This document shows positions 47,601 to 57,031 of a stretch of 64,000 bases of DNA, one piece after another. The DNA is taken from positions 2,166 to 66,165 of IMG/VR virus record IMGVR_UViG_3300036985_003382; one strand, 5' to 3'. The notes under the pieces are model-generated. The model saw nothing but the letters and a program-made list of their open reading frames with translations. It did not search any database and was not told where the DNA came from. A program made the translations under genes and the position numbers. Origin of the DNA: a virus (taxonomy: Duplodnaviria > Caudoviricetes). How positions within the stretch are numbered: position 1 is the first letter of the stretch; every line of letters begins with the position of its first letter.

Positions 47601-50600
47601 CATACATTGCTAAGAAACGAGCTGAGTCTAACTCACAAGAATTTGAATTTGAAATCAAAGACTTGATGACTATAGCTGAAGGTTTTAATGGAACAAAAAA
47701 CCAAATGTTTAAGGCATCAAATGATGCAAGTACATTAACGTATGGTTTACCAATCAATAAAACATTTACTACTGCGTATAAGATTAAATCTTTAATTTCA
47801 TCAATCCGTGGTTCTGCCTCAGAGACTCCGTTAAATAAAGACACTGATTACAGTGTAATGACTCAGTTTAGTAACATTGGAACTCGGCGTAGTTTTGTTG
47901 AAGCGTTTGACAATGTATCGATTTACGAACGAATTGATACTGCTGATTTAACTGAATCTGACGCTGATCAATTAGCTGCGTTTTATGGAATTGCAGCTAA
48001 AGATGAATCTTATAGTCCAAAACAAGCAACAGAGTTTAATGAATTAGCTAAGTATTATCGAGCAGCTAAAAACTCAGCTGTAATTAAATCTGGAGATAAG
48101 AATGTAACACGTGTGTCGAATCGATTTTCTGATGCTAGAGCAGTAGCGGCTAACCTTGCAAAGGTATATGACACTTATGCAAATAGAATGAGTACTCGTA
48201 AGATTACATCTGACATTGACAATAACTTTGACTTAGATCAATACAAAGCGTTAGTTGCGTTTCTTGGGCTTGATCAAGAGGCATATAACGCAATTATTGC
48301 ACCAGAAGCAGTATCAAGTGTTGGTCAACTTTTAAATAAAGACGGAACAATTCTTTCTAAAGACCAGCAGAAAATGCTTATTTCGTTACGTGCTGCTCAA
48401 TTAAAACAAGACTTTTATAATCAAAACCATAAGTTGTTTTTTGCTCACGAGGCAGAGATTGCAAAACTTGGTTATGATCGATCTGAAATAGCAGGACAAG
48501 ATACTGAAGCAAGTATTACAAGAATTAAACAAGGTGAGGCATACTCGTCTATTTTGTTTATGGCATCAACTACTAAAAACTTTGACAAAACATCTCTTGC
48601 AATGGCGCACGAAGTATCACATCAGTTATTTTATTCGTTACCAGACAAGAGTCAACTTGACTGGATTAACGCAATCACACGACCGTTAAACACAAATGCC
48701 AGTGATGACAAAATTAATCCTGAGACTAAATTGTTTTATGATTATATGAAAGAACAAAACTCACGTTACAACAATCTTAGTGCATCTAATAAACGAACAT
48801 TTCGTTTGCAATCAATACAAGAATTTGCTGCAACTAAAGGTGGGTTTACAGATCAACAAGTTAGAACAGCAAAACTTATTTGGGGAGAATCATCTGCTAC
48901 TAGTTTAGTTAACTTTATTTTGACCAATGGTGTAATTGCAGACGTTACAAATCCAAAGGTATATGTTGGCGAAGACATTACTAGTGCAATGATTAATTTG
49001 CAAGCAGTACTTAGGCCAATGGCTGAACGGCTTACATCAACACATGGGGCATATTTAACAGTTGACGGAAAACCTACTAACGTTTTCTATTACAAACCGG
49101 GTTCAGTCGTTTATCAGTCACAATCTAAACAAGGTATTAATCGTGCATTTTACGCAATGAAACACGGATCTATTGTTTCATTTGTAAACAACAAGGCTAA
49201 AAAAACAAGTAGTGCTGTAAAAGTCATTGATGTTCACGATGTCATTATGTCCAGTAAGTCTGGTAATAAGATTAACGTTAATGAAGCGTTGACATCGTTA
49301 AAAGAATTTATACCTTCCGACGTTGCAGTAGAACTTCTTGACAAAATTAAGGCATTGCAAGAAAAAGGAATTATCTATGGTGATGATTACTATTTAAGTG
49401 TCCACGGAGCCGATGGTTACACCAAGCAAGACGATGGGACTACATCACCTGAAGGTTATAACGTAGTCGGTAAAGTTGTTGGCATGGCACGGGAAAAAGT
49501 AACTGTTACAGAAGCAATATATGGATTAGGTTCATTTACTAATAAAGGTAAGTCATGGATGACAGTGACTAAAGGTCCGGGCGTTTCTGCTAATTCTCCG
49601 TGGTACACGCTTAAAACATATATGCATAATCAGCGTGGTGCTAAATTTGTACAAAACGGTACAAAAGGTGATTACGGATATGTAGTTGAAAGCTCTGGTA
49701 CATTACGGCTTAATGCAGTTAGACGTAAGGATAATGCAGTTGATTTAGCTGAAAACGGATTTAATCGCAAGACATCTTTAAAGTATGTTGTTGGTCATGA
49801 TTTGATTGCTGAACAAGAAGGCCTGTACATGGTTGGCACTTCTGATTCTGCAAGCCCACAGTTTATGAGTGTTCTTTATCAGATGTTGAGCCAGATTGAT
49901 AAAAGAATAATTGATATTGCTGGGCAGAGAACATACGACTACGAAACACGTATGAATGCAGCTCTTGCAGATGGCATGCGTAGTGGAAGTTTTGATAAGT
50001 GGGATCAAGTTGTTTCTATTCCATTAGCGCTTGCATCAGAGAAGAATATTAAAAATATAATCTCTGGCACACCACCCGCAGAATTAGCTGCCGTTAGAAA
50101 CACTGGCACACATCCGTACGTCAGAAATCAAGCACACGCTAAAAACGTATTAAAATGGGCTAACACTTTACCTGCAGAACAACGGTCTGTAGTGATTCCA
50201 TTAATAAAGCAAATCGTAGAGCAACACAGTTATTTAGTTGCTACTAAATTAGGTGGCAGTGAGGGAAGTGTTGGAGATAGGCTTTTAGGAGTTTTTAACA
50301 AAAGCACAGACTGGTATTCATTTTTACCATTTGCAACTAAAGACATATCTGATCGAGGTATTACTCGTGCTATTGCATCTTTGTTTGAACAATCATTTAC
50401 TTCATTTGAAGATGCTCAATTGTTTGTATCAGAGATGACAAAGGCTAGGCTTTATTTATCTGAAGATCCTACTGGTACAAATTTGACGTCATATTTTGCA
50501 CGTGGTACAGACGGTGCACCAACGCGTTCATTTGTTGTGGAAATTGATGGCGTTAAAGTAGATGTTTCTACATTTATCGATCAAGCATTTGGGTTAAATA

Positions 50601-53600
50601 CACCTGATGAGTCAGTAAATCTTGGTGTACAAAAGTTTTTAGGCACTTGGGCGGGCGTAGCATTTGATGGATGGTTTAAAGAAAATCAATCTGTCCTTAC
50701 TAATAACGCAGTAAATATTGAAACTAGGCTAAAGCAGCTCTATGAGTTGTATAAAGACCCGTCTCCACTTGGTGAGCGAAATGCTGCCCTGAATGAACTT
50801 GCAAGGCAAAATGATAAACCACAACCAAACGAATTAACCATTTATGATTTAGTTGGATTATCTAAAGATTATATTGCCGGTAATAAACGCAAAGTGGACC
50901 TTGATGGTTTATTGCGAATGGCTGCAGGTTTTGCTGCAACTCCAGATCAATTTTTACAAGTGCTTGGCGGAATGAAAAATGGAATAGACTTCAGGCAAAC
51001 GTTTAGCCCAGAAAGTGCATTGTCTGTAGTTCCTCATGCGGTGCTTGATCACATTCTAAATAAAACATTTACGGATGATGTAAGTCGTATTAAGTTTATG
51101 AATCTTGTTGCTGGTCGTATACCTGAAGGGTCAACTAGGTATGACGTCATACGAGCACGAAACTTATTTAATGTAGTAGAGCATTTAGTTAAGACCGATG
51201 CCAAAATTAGGAATGCGGCATTACGTAACTGGAAAAGTTATGACATTGTTGAGACTATGCCAGAACAAGGTCAAGTCATTTTGCGGTCTCCAGATAGGGA
51301 TATTGCTGCTGATACTAGAGGTGCAAGTAAGTCGGGTGCGTTGTATCGCGTTAATTTAAATGATGGACAAACAACTCTTGTTGCTAAGTCATTAAAATTT
51401 AATAGTGCAACCGGTAAGTATGTTGAACATTATCAAGACATTCAAGATGTAGATTCGTTCTTAAAATATAACTGGTCAGACAGAGTTGGCAACAAAGGAA
51501 AAGAAGATCCATTTGCATTCAAAGCTGCTGACAACAGTCCTGTATTTACATCACAAGATGTATTTGGCACAAGTGACGTACAACGTGTGTATGAGCACTT
51601 GAGCGCTATTGCTGGTACAGATAATGTAGCAAGTGCTTACACTGCTGACGAACCATTGTATTTCATGTTGCCTTATGACTTTATTGGACAAGACACAGCA
51701 AATACTAATGTGATTGATCAGGTTGACGGTGAAACTACTCGTGATAATGCTGGCATGCACATCATGAAAGCTAAGTACAACAAAACAAATAAGTCGTGGA
51801 CGTTTCAACAGACACAGCCAAACTGGAGCACGTCTGATAACTATAGGTCTCAGTTGCCATCTGGCTTATTAAGGATGATTACAGATGGATTTAGCATGGA
51901 TGGTTCAATACCGTTATCTCCAGAACAACGGTCAGCCCTTATATCAAACTCAATGTTGCATGAGGAATATCACATTGCTAAGTTATTACTTGCAAAAGAT
52001 AGGGCGTCTGGAGATAGTCAATACACAAAAGTAAATCAAATTGGGCACAAGGTCCTATTTCCGTCAGGTTCGTCTTACATGCAAGATGCTAGTACTGGAA
52101 CATGGTATTCAAGTAGTCCTACGTTTGATTCTGGTAAATCAGACAATGTACCTACACAGGAAGAAGAAGTTATTCCTTATCTTAACGACACTGCGGATCC
52201 AGAAATAGATATTAAGTATGATGCCGTAAATGACTTTGCGCGTGTTCAACGAGATGCAAATCAACGGCCACAAACTGTGACATTCTACAGAGACCCTAAA
52301 ACAAGTAATGGAATGATGGTGTCTGGTGATAGGCTCAACCCGGTTTTACATATCTCTTCAGATATATGGGCAAATTCGGTTGATGCCCCATTAAAGGGTA
52401 CGCAGTTTGAGGCCAAGGTTCCAGACGGTAAAGCACTTACATTTGACGGTGATGTTATTGACACAGTTTATTCAAGCAGCCCTAAATTTAATGATGCTGC
52501 ATACAACATTCACAAATGGTTGCTTTTGCCATATAAAGCGTTATCTATTGCTGGAACCCTTGCTATGGACATTTCATCCGTTGGCATACAGTTAGCCACT
52601 CAAGTTCGTAATCCTTTAGTATTGGCTAAGGCAATGTTGTATACAGTGCCTGAAGCTTTTATGTTTACAACTAAAGATATTGGGTTTGTTATAGGAGATA
52701 CGATTCACGCAATCAGGCAAAAAAAAGCTCGTGAAGGTAGAGGCTTTTGGGCTGGTGGTGCATTTAATGCGGATGTTAAATATTACAATTGGATTATGAA
52801 TTCAGTTGTTGACAGATTTAATAAATACAACAACAACGGCCCTGCTATTTCTTTATCAGAATTAATTGATGATTACTACATGCCGTCTGCGTATAGTGAC
52901 TGGTATAAGAAACATAAAGCTAATGCAATTGCTGACCCGTCAAAATACAAAGACATCATTGATACACCATTTGAGACTAATCTTGAAAACAGTTTAATAG
53001 GTCAAATACCGGGCAAACTTATACCAGCATGGAATAAATTTGACATGTCTCGTACCTTAGTAATGGATTTGTGTATGTTACAGAACTCATTACGGGCAGT
53101 TAGAGATGCACGTGCTAATGTGGATTTGAAACCTTATGAAATTGAGCAAGGTATTAGTGCAGCAATTATGAATTATGGTAGAGAAATGGCTATGGGGTCG
53201 CATTCTCAAAGTAAAATTCAAATGCCAGCAACTAAATTTTTAGATAATGTAGTTAATTACTTTATGACTGCACCGGGATACAACAGGCACTTTGCTCAAT
53301 ACTGGGGTTTTAATAATTGGACATTACCTGCACGAAAAGCCATTAACGAGATTGCATTAGTAAATACAGTTAACGCACCTAAATGGTTTAGAGGTGAAGT
53401 ATTTGATATTAAAAGTGATTTAGATTATCAACAATATGCTGGCAGATCAGGTTGGGCTAGTACACGAAAAAAAGGTGAACAGACAACATCTATTAGTATA
53501 TGGGCAGGTATGGGACTACTGAACGCTGCTATAGGTTGGGTGAATCATATGAATAACTCACCGCAAGAAGAAAAAGATTCAACTGACTGGCTTAATATTT

Positions 53601-54463
53601 CAAGTAAACGATTTGGATACCAAAGACTTAATGATAACTGGATTTTTGCATTACCATTACTAAAAAAGTTTGGGAGTATGGCAAAACCATTTCAAGCATT
53701 TGAAAGTAAAGAGAACTATGGCCCTAAAGAAAAAATACAGGCATTTGTTGATGCTTATGCAAAGATGATGTTTAAGAATAGAATTCATAATGGCGGCCAG
53801 TTAATTATGAGTGCGTTTACGGGCAAAACATTTAATGGGTCTCCAGCATTTGATAGAAATGCTGGTATGAAAATGGCAGTACAGAATGATGTACGCGCAC
53901 CATTTTATTTTCATCCAGCTGGATATTTAAATCCTAATCAAAGTAATCTTTTCATGGATACGTTTACTCTTGCTCACACAAATTCATATTATGATGATCT
54001 TTTAAAAATGGGATTATATTCTCAAGAAGCTAAAAAGATGATTACTCAACAAGAACTAAATGAAGGATTGACGATGCCTGAGCGAGTCACTGTAAGTAAA
54101 GCAGCAGCCAGAGAACTATATATAAAGGGTTTAATACCTAAATTATTTGGCCTTGATGTTATGTATGAACCAATAGAATACGAAAAATTTAACAAAGAGC
54201 CACAAAAGTTTGGAAGTTCAAGTCCATCTTTAGGACGCCTTACATACATGTTGCGCGAATGGTACAAATATCCAAATTTGTTTCAGACGTTGCGTCAAGA
54301 TCCATCTTCTGTACTATATGGATATGAAACTAGCCGTGACGATTTTGGTGCGCAATCAATTGGACTTCCAAGCTCTGAAGCAGAAAAGCGTTCTAAAATA
54401 GTCATCAATAGACTCCCATTACCTAACGTGGAAAGAGCAGTAGCTGACTGGTATGGTAGGTAA
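41615..54463 (+). CDS. giant (4282 aa) ejection / polyvalent protein with zincin-like HExxH motif
   Basis: Last ejection-gene position; Gly/Ala hydrophobic N-region; MAHEVSH at 48608-48622. Confidence 0.7.
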   Translation: MPDQRDKSRSDAYWKKRYTEAGVVPSPQGVTVTRPTNRLGFENTYPKSQINEFVRTQYNPLADAIRAGNPAVVSSATLDFANNAYREGLIDESQRNYIKSSIANMRQQMSRTPVASADGQQIPFGRLGRVQGPSGTFGAVNDQLMHSDLIQYNADGSFSYNPAGTAADINSTTGANARRQQDIMAGATPKSVGAETWSTLGAQAVGTAAALPYGLALNFPGFNPQANDETFGGRVVSSAQGTLAGFAAKPLDMMSGITQGTSYLGARLAGRSPEDANQIASSIKEQTPYYNTSDQMLAPGMENQQFQLGSAVGGELFTAVPALYSSLGLLNASGALGARMLASAGTKASNVGRYIGIGSAVVAPTAVAGFRDQLTGGKPGVREDLVAGAESIMDPIRSTMQRGITESGAIGQANFDPQGKTQAALQQAGILAMASGGSLQMWKDVKNQSSIGIQAMRESIKTNRNPFTALGTGISASIEGEIGKAAAADLGFALTQPLSDIGRMVYANTRIDKSVPIDTPTAGDVFKSMMLGLVASRPGKSAQFIFRGNPLQSLEPKTMALAHATDIVRKGGPELQALVKHYNEKYNDFIEPNDVDIRRLATVMANDNVANLQRLAKFQEIEDGAPVTKTAAEYIDAYINNPDAFPESLRTKYETLLTSMRPNKAKIDLDDGNPLNTIELADEYKTDLVTRRRRIKEYTDALLPVYTEQMKNLGQKPAEISDKVRYYGIDTKDGRMLLFDRDFRNATLVPKHEAEDIAMLQPKYSPIENVYTPEEKSDRQPLYEALDNIRGKVFRIGSQDGVVTHFDALGVFVKVEGGESKFLSRREIEQLLETSTSDGLTEEQIDNLTQLQELTNIIHRTQSLVEPTRQSLYGEQFKDSRFKTPLLNTGRSLRVKPDANLVDTFRGTDIFQSSDGSYAIFTKGEIPSTLSPEFKNPGERQIDPTNSVWTVSKDTASGPIDVDLVLSGRQQEAIAALPLGSTAEKGIEKAYDYADPFTHDLGDIVSVTQKDGTEVKYVLVEKFDDSAIGVRIDAPESTPAIIFESPALKVEKIDRGFLQTKFDSASRVVGADLTSIRPENNEITTILQHAMYLSSRDESADGPAIVYDEITNALPEELSGVIHSVLTRDAETLGVERNVAASLREWLLKNREQAADLESYIQGAMATEITLSARDISVQKLARLQRILDNGELNSLIDQLVGVYDSDAETSADVMYSSSPRRVGTARGEFLTLLGVANKINRLLMRDKHISDATIERVVNKDLGKDTRFEGKLDIALQTIKKLAKLSSQINPIALGVVLNKGSLWQMEQLALLPQDIQVLSALVPYEDMPSVYTDSFGEWFASKEKYIAAVTRAKDLYSNAVANGPDAIANLKRAMYDARLGFFYEMAARAPEIASRVDMDVDGGRSLDTISSNRQRSADAVNDVIKRLATEKLAIIAKQLRDNETAPDMAVPVPMNELVAVTKIADKDGSIDFSIMTDTQALDAIVGSEAGVDALISIGRRLANELDKEDTMTGVSVYSEEGFNVGLGTLQEAKAQQENKSLLAAVIRNWNNLTPEAKSAIGYINMPLIQLSELIKAIDNANDDALRESLIFGIMNAVGTDGASNTGFELSKLFKSLDSATKFSNFAADVMAKKNIADSSGGESAETRRRTSIRGAMDLLLKLRSEIVNPDGTSILETAALYYKSAGIKPSDLYSFMSMVSQEVTTSMLDVISKNKDTNRMEVIGVISSQAAEMGQVVRVAGSVEGDQSTKQAVLELLHTVTTDGLQYLGVTFDPRTRVLISDAVHRVISQGKLNTAGLNSVEQARAMMEEARTLSAQIADFVLGDKSLAEQPNAAYTPAAESTAEKVVNAIDGNTFHQRSGSNKDAAAYLLLAGNRAGLEKIILATLFDAASKDQIQFASIDEAIVSVTLGPEFARKYFARVKQARFVNDKIIFGTSGILRAAVLPGGAETYTLPDATKHDLIEGQALLNHFMQKAYQLLSPRDKGRFTEAVTSYIAKKRAESNSQEFEFEIKDLMTIAEGFNGTKNQMFKASNDASTLTYGLPINKTFTTAYKIKSLISSIRGSASETPLNKDTDYSVMTQFSNIGTRRSFVEAFDNVSIYERIDTADLTESDADQLAAFYGIAAKDESYSPKQATEFNELAKYYRAAKNSAVIKSGDKNVTRVSNRFSDARAVAANLAKVYDTYANRMSTRKITSDIDNNFDLDQYKALVAFLGLDQEAYNAIIAPEAVSSVGQLLNKDGTILSKDQQKMLISLRAAQLKQDFYNQNHKLFFAHEAEIAKLGYDRSEIAGQDTEASITRIKQGEAYSSILFMASTTKNFDKTSLAMAHEVSHQLFYSLPDKSQLDWINAITRPLNTNASDDKINPETKLFYDYMKEQNSRYNNLSASNKRTFRLQSIQEFAATKGGFTDQQVRTAKLIWGESSATSLVNFILTNGVIADVTNPKVYVGEDITSAMINLQAVLRPMAERLTSTHGAYLTVDGKPTNVFYYKPGSVVYQSQSKQGINRAFYAMKHGSIVSFVNNKAKKTSSAVKVIDVHDVIMSSKSGNKINVNEALTSLKEFIPSDVAVELLDKIKALQEKGIIYGDDYYLSVHGADGYTKQDDGTTSPEGYNVVGKVVGMAREKVTVTEAIYGLGSFTNKGKSWMTVTKGPGVSANSPWYTLKTYMHNQRGAKFVQNGTKGDYGYVVESSGTLRLNAVRRKDNAVDLAENGFNRKTSLKYVVGHDLIAEQEGLYMVGTSDSASPQFMSVLYQMLSQIDKRIIDIAGQRTYDYETRMNAALADGMRSGSFDKWDQVVSIPLALASEKNIKNIISGTPPAELAAVRNTGTHPYVRNQAHAKNVLKWANTLPAEQRSVVIPLIKQIVEQHSYLVATKLGGSEGSVGDRLLGVFNKSTDWYSFLPFATKDISDRGITRAIASLFEQSFTSFEDAQLFVSEMTKARLYLSEDPTGTNLTSYFARGTDGAPTRSFVVEIDGVKVDVSTFIDQAFGLNTPDESVNLGVQKFLGTWAGVAFDGWFKENQSVLTNNAVNIETRLKQLYELYKDPSPLGERNAALNELARQNDKPQPNELTIYDLVGLSKDYIAGNKRKVDLDGLLRMAAGFAATPDQFLQVLGGMKNGIDFRQTFSPESALSVVPHAVLDHILNKTFTDDVSRIKFMNLVAGRIPEGSTRYDVIRARNLFNVVEHLVKTDAKIRNAALRNWKSYDIVETMPEQGQVILRSPDRDIAADTRGASKSGALYRVNLNDGQTTLVAKSLKFNSATGKYVEHYQDIQDVDSFLKYNWSDRVGNKGKEDPFAFKAADNSPVFTSQDVFGTSDVQRVYEHLSAIAGTDNVASAYTADEPLYFMLPYDFIGQDTANTNVIDQVDGETTRDNAGMHIMKAKYNKTNKSWTFQQTQPNWSTSDNYRSQLPSGLLRMITDGFSMDGSIPLSPEQRSALISNSMLHEEYHIAKLLLAKDRASGDSQYTKVNQIGHKVLFPSGSSYMQDASTGTWYSSSPTFDSGKSDNVPTQEEEVIPYLNDTADPEIDIKYDAVNDFARVQRDANQRPQTVTFYRDPKTSNGMMVSGDRLNPVLHISSDIWANSVDAPLKGTQFEAKVPDGKALTFDGDVIDTVYSSSPKFNDAAYNIHKWLLLPYKALSIAGTLAMDISSVGIQLATQVRNPLVLAKAMLYTVPEAFMFTTKDIGFVIGDTIHAIRQKKAREGRGFWAGGAFNADVKYYNWIMNSVVDRFNKYNNNGPAISLSELIDDYYMPSAYSDWYKKHKANAIADPSKYKDIIDTPFETNLENSLIGQIPGKLIPAWNKFDMSRTLVMDLCMLQNSLRAVRDARANVDLKPYEIEQGISAAIMNYGREMAMGSHSQSKIQMPATKFLDNVVNYFMTAPGYNRHFAQYWGFNNWTLPARKAINEIALVNTVNAPKWFRGEVFDIKSDLDYQQYAGRSGWASTRKKGEQTTSISIWAGMGLLNAAIGWVNHMNNSPQEEKDSTDWLNISSKRFGYQRLNDNWIFALPLLKKFGSMAKPFQAFESKENYGPKEKIQAFVDAYAKMMFKNRIHNGGQLIMSAFTGKTFNGSPAFDRNAGMKMAVQNDVRAPFYFHPAGYLNPNQSNLFMDTFTLAHTNSYYDDLLKMGLYSQEAKKMITQQELNEGLTMPERVTVSKAAARELYIKGLIPKLFGLDVMYEPIEYEKFNKEPQKFGSSSPSLGRLTYMLREWYKYPNLFQTLRQDPSSVLYGYETSRDDFGAQSIGLPSSEAEKRSKIVINRLPLPNVERAVADWYGR

Positions 54464-55254
54464 TGAATCTATTACAACTTGCAAACGACTTTGTTGATAT
54501 TGCTAAAGAATACGTTGGAACTACAGAGCAACCAGTTGGTAGTAATCGTGGAACACTTATTGATAAATGGAATAAGCTATCTAATGTTGCAGTTGGTAGT
54601 TTTTGGTGTTGCTCATTTGTGTCTGCTATGGCACGAGAGCTGGCTGAAAAACATGACTTTGTGTGGCCATTCCCATACACTGCAGATTGTGATGTTGTTT
54701 ATGCAATAGCCAAAAAGAAAAATGCTATTGTTCACATTCCTGAACCCGGTGATTTATTTGTATGTCACAAAGGCAACGATGCGTATCACATTGGGATAGT
54801 TGAGGATGTTGATAAGGTCTACGTTGCATCTAGCATTGAAGGAAACAGTAATAACGACGGTAGTCGTAATGGCATTACTGTTGCACGTAGAAATGACCTA
54901 GTGGATGGACGATCAATTAATAATGTGTCTTACATTAGGTGGACATCATTAGTTACATTAGATGATGATTGGAAACTTGTTGTTAGTGCAAAAGAAATTG
55001 AATGCATTAACCATAACAATCGCGTTTACGCTCCATTGCGTATGTCGTTAGGATTGTTTTTTACAGCACATGATGTGTTGGTTAATTTAAAAGCAACATC
55101 AGAAGGAGCTGCTTGGGGAACTGAAATGATCCCTGCTCAGCTAATAACACGAGATGGAAGTCGTTATATTAGTGTCAGGGATCTTTCAACTTGGTTAGGT
55201 AAAACCATGATAGTCAATTCAATTAAGAAAACTGTCTCAATGCTAAAGTCCTAA
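54463..55254 (+). CDS. endolysin, CHAP-type amidase/peptidase with C-terminal copper-amine-oxidase-N-like domain
   Basis: FWCCSFV, PGDLFV, HIGIV, SIEGNS; C-terminal RVYAPLR and RYISVRDL. Confidence 0.8.
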   Translation: MNLLQLANDFVDIAKEYVGTTEQPVGSNRGTLIDKWNKLSNVAVGSFWCCSFVSAMARELAEKHDFVWPFPYTADCDVVYAIAKKKNAIVHIPEPGDLFVCHKGNDAYHIGIVEDVDKVYVASSIEGNSNNDGSRNGITVARRNDLVDGRSINNVSYIRWTSLVTLDDDWKLVVSAKEIECINHNNRVYAPLRMSLGLFFTAHDVLVNLKATSEGAAWGTEMIPAQLITRDGSRYISVRDLSTWLGKTMIVNSIKKTVSMLKS

Positions 55255-56613
55255 CACATCGTAATCAAGAAACTTGGCGTACTGTGACTTCCATTGAAGT
55301 AACGATACGCCAGTTTTTCCATTTCTATTCTTAGCTGTTATGACTTCTGCCTTATCATCGCTTTCAATATCATCTACAGTTTTCTGCTCATAGTAGCCAG
55401 CCCTGTAGATGAATTGGATGACGTCAGCATCAGACTCAATATCGCCAGACTCACGTAGGTCAGACATCATTGGACGCTTGTCCTGTCGCTGCTCTACTGC
55501 CCTAGATAGACTCGATAATGCTAACACTGGGCATTGATACTCTCTGGCAATATCTTTGAGACCTCGACTGATCACGCCTATGTCTCGCGTCCTATTCTCA
55601 GACTTATAAGACGATGGCATAGCTATCATCTGTAAGTAATCAACAACCACCAAGCCAACATGAAAAGATTTTTGCGTGTCTCGCACTGCGTCTCGGATAC
55701 TTCCAAGGGTGATAGATTTATCTGCGACAATTCTAACATGAAGTGTTTTAGCCTCCTGAGCTACAACCTGTAATCTATCTTTTTGATAGTTACTTAAACG
55801 CTTGGTCTGTATGACCTGACTATCCACTTCACTGTAGATTGACAACATTCGTGCGGTGACCATGTCCTTAGACATCTCTGCACTGATAATTAATACTCCA
55901 GACCTGTCAATATCACTACGCAAAAAACGAGCAGCGTTCCATGCATATTGAAGGCCTAGACTTGACTTACCCATTGATGGTCTACCACCAAGGATAATCA
56001 ACTCACCCTTTCTCCATCCGCCAGTAATAGAATCGATCTCTTCATACCCTGACCCAACTGAATAATCAACCTTATCCTCTAGTCTGCCAATTGCATCAGC
56101 GGCTGTTGACAAAATAAGTTGAGAAAAATCTTCCGTACTGTTTCCGGAAGTGGTGAATGAAACAGATTTATTTAAATCACTTATGATCTTGTCGATGTCA
56201 GAGTCGCAATCAGATGCCTTTTTACTTGCTAACTCAGATGAAAAGATAATCTCTCTGCGCCTATGATAATCGATCACGAGCTTGACGTAACTTTCATAGT
56301 TAGAGGTTGACGGTAGTAACTCAGCGCACTGCATGATGTATCCAAGCCCACCACAAGCCTCTAACGCATTACGCCTTGTCAACTCCTCGTTCACGGTCAC
56401 GATATCAATGTCTTGACCAGATGCATCAATAGCTGTATACGCTTCCCATATGAGGCTATGTGAAACCCTGTAGAACATCCCTTTGTCAATGTGCGACAGG
56501 CTCTTGAATAAACTCTTTCCTCCAAGGAGAACAGACGCTATAAGTGATTGCTCACTCATAACGTCCGATGGAATTTCTATGTTAAAGCCAAGGCTCTTAT
56601 TTTGAGCGTTCAT
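55243..56613 (-). CDS. dnaB: replicative DNA helicase
   Basis: GGRPSMGKS, SAEM, VVVDYLQ, ISRGLKDIARE, SDLRESGDIESDAD, KNRNG. Confidence 0.96.
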   Translation of the reverse strand: MNAQNKSLGFNIEIPSDVMSEQSLIASVLLGGKSLFKSLSHIDKGMFYRVSHSLIWEAYTAIDASGQDIDIVTVNEELTRRNALEACGGLGYIMQCAELLPSTSNYESYVKLVIDYHRRREIIFSSELASKKASDCDSDIDKIISDLNKSVSFTTSGNSTEDFSQLILSTAADAIGRLEDKVDYSVGSGYEEIDSITGGWRKGELIILGGRPSMGKSSLGLQYAWNAARFLRSDIDRSGVLIISAEMSKDMVTARMLSIYSEVDSQVIQTKRLSNYQKDRLQVVAQEAKTLHVRIVADKSITLGSIRDAVRDTQKSFHVGLVVVDYLQMIAMPSSYKSENRTRDIGVISRGLKDIAREYQCPVLALSSLSRAVEQRQDKRPMMSDLRESGDIESDADVIQFIYRAGYYEQKTVDDIESDDKAEVITAKNRNGKTGVSLLQWKSQYAKFLDYDVLGL

Positions 56614-57031
56614 CTATATACTCCATTAATCGGATTAACAAAACATCATTTAGTACCTCTTGCAACTGCTGTCCTTTGACTGGTGGTTCCATTCTCCACG
56701 CTTTTAACCCACCTGTCTTTGCTGTAACTAACTGAATAGTTGGGTGTAACTTAAAAGATGGAGTACCAAGGCGTATTGCTTCTCCGATATCGTTAATTAC
56801 AGACTGTGGTAAATATTCTCCATACTTTGTGATCGCTATAGATAGCAGTACCTCAGATGGTGTTGGACGAAATTTAGCACGTGTAAGTATTCGCTTAGCT
56901 CCGTCCCTAATGTCTTCATCAGTCAGCCCAGCAATGGCCACACGATAAACAGTTTCACTTGTCTCATTCCATGTAATTGAACTTGGTAACTGTGATAGCA
57001 CAGCCATTAATTTATCTGTCGTTGTCATCAA
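56597..57031 (-). CDS. putative helicase loader/inhibitor
   Basis: Between initiator and dnaB; KFRPTPSEV motif like G39P/lambda-P-type loaders. Confidence 0.55.
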   Translation of the reverse strand: MMTTTDKLMAVLSQLPSSITWNETSETVYRVAIAGLTDEDIRDGAKRILTRAKFRPTPSEVLLSIAITKYGEYLPQSVINDIGEAIRLGTPSFKLHPTIQLVTAKTGGLKAWRMEPPVKGQQLQEVLNDVLLIRLMEYIDERSK

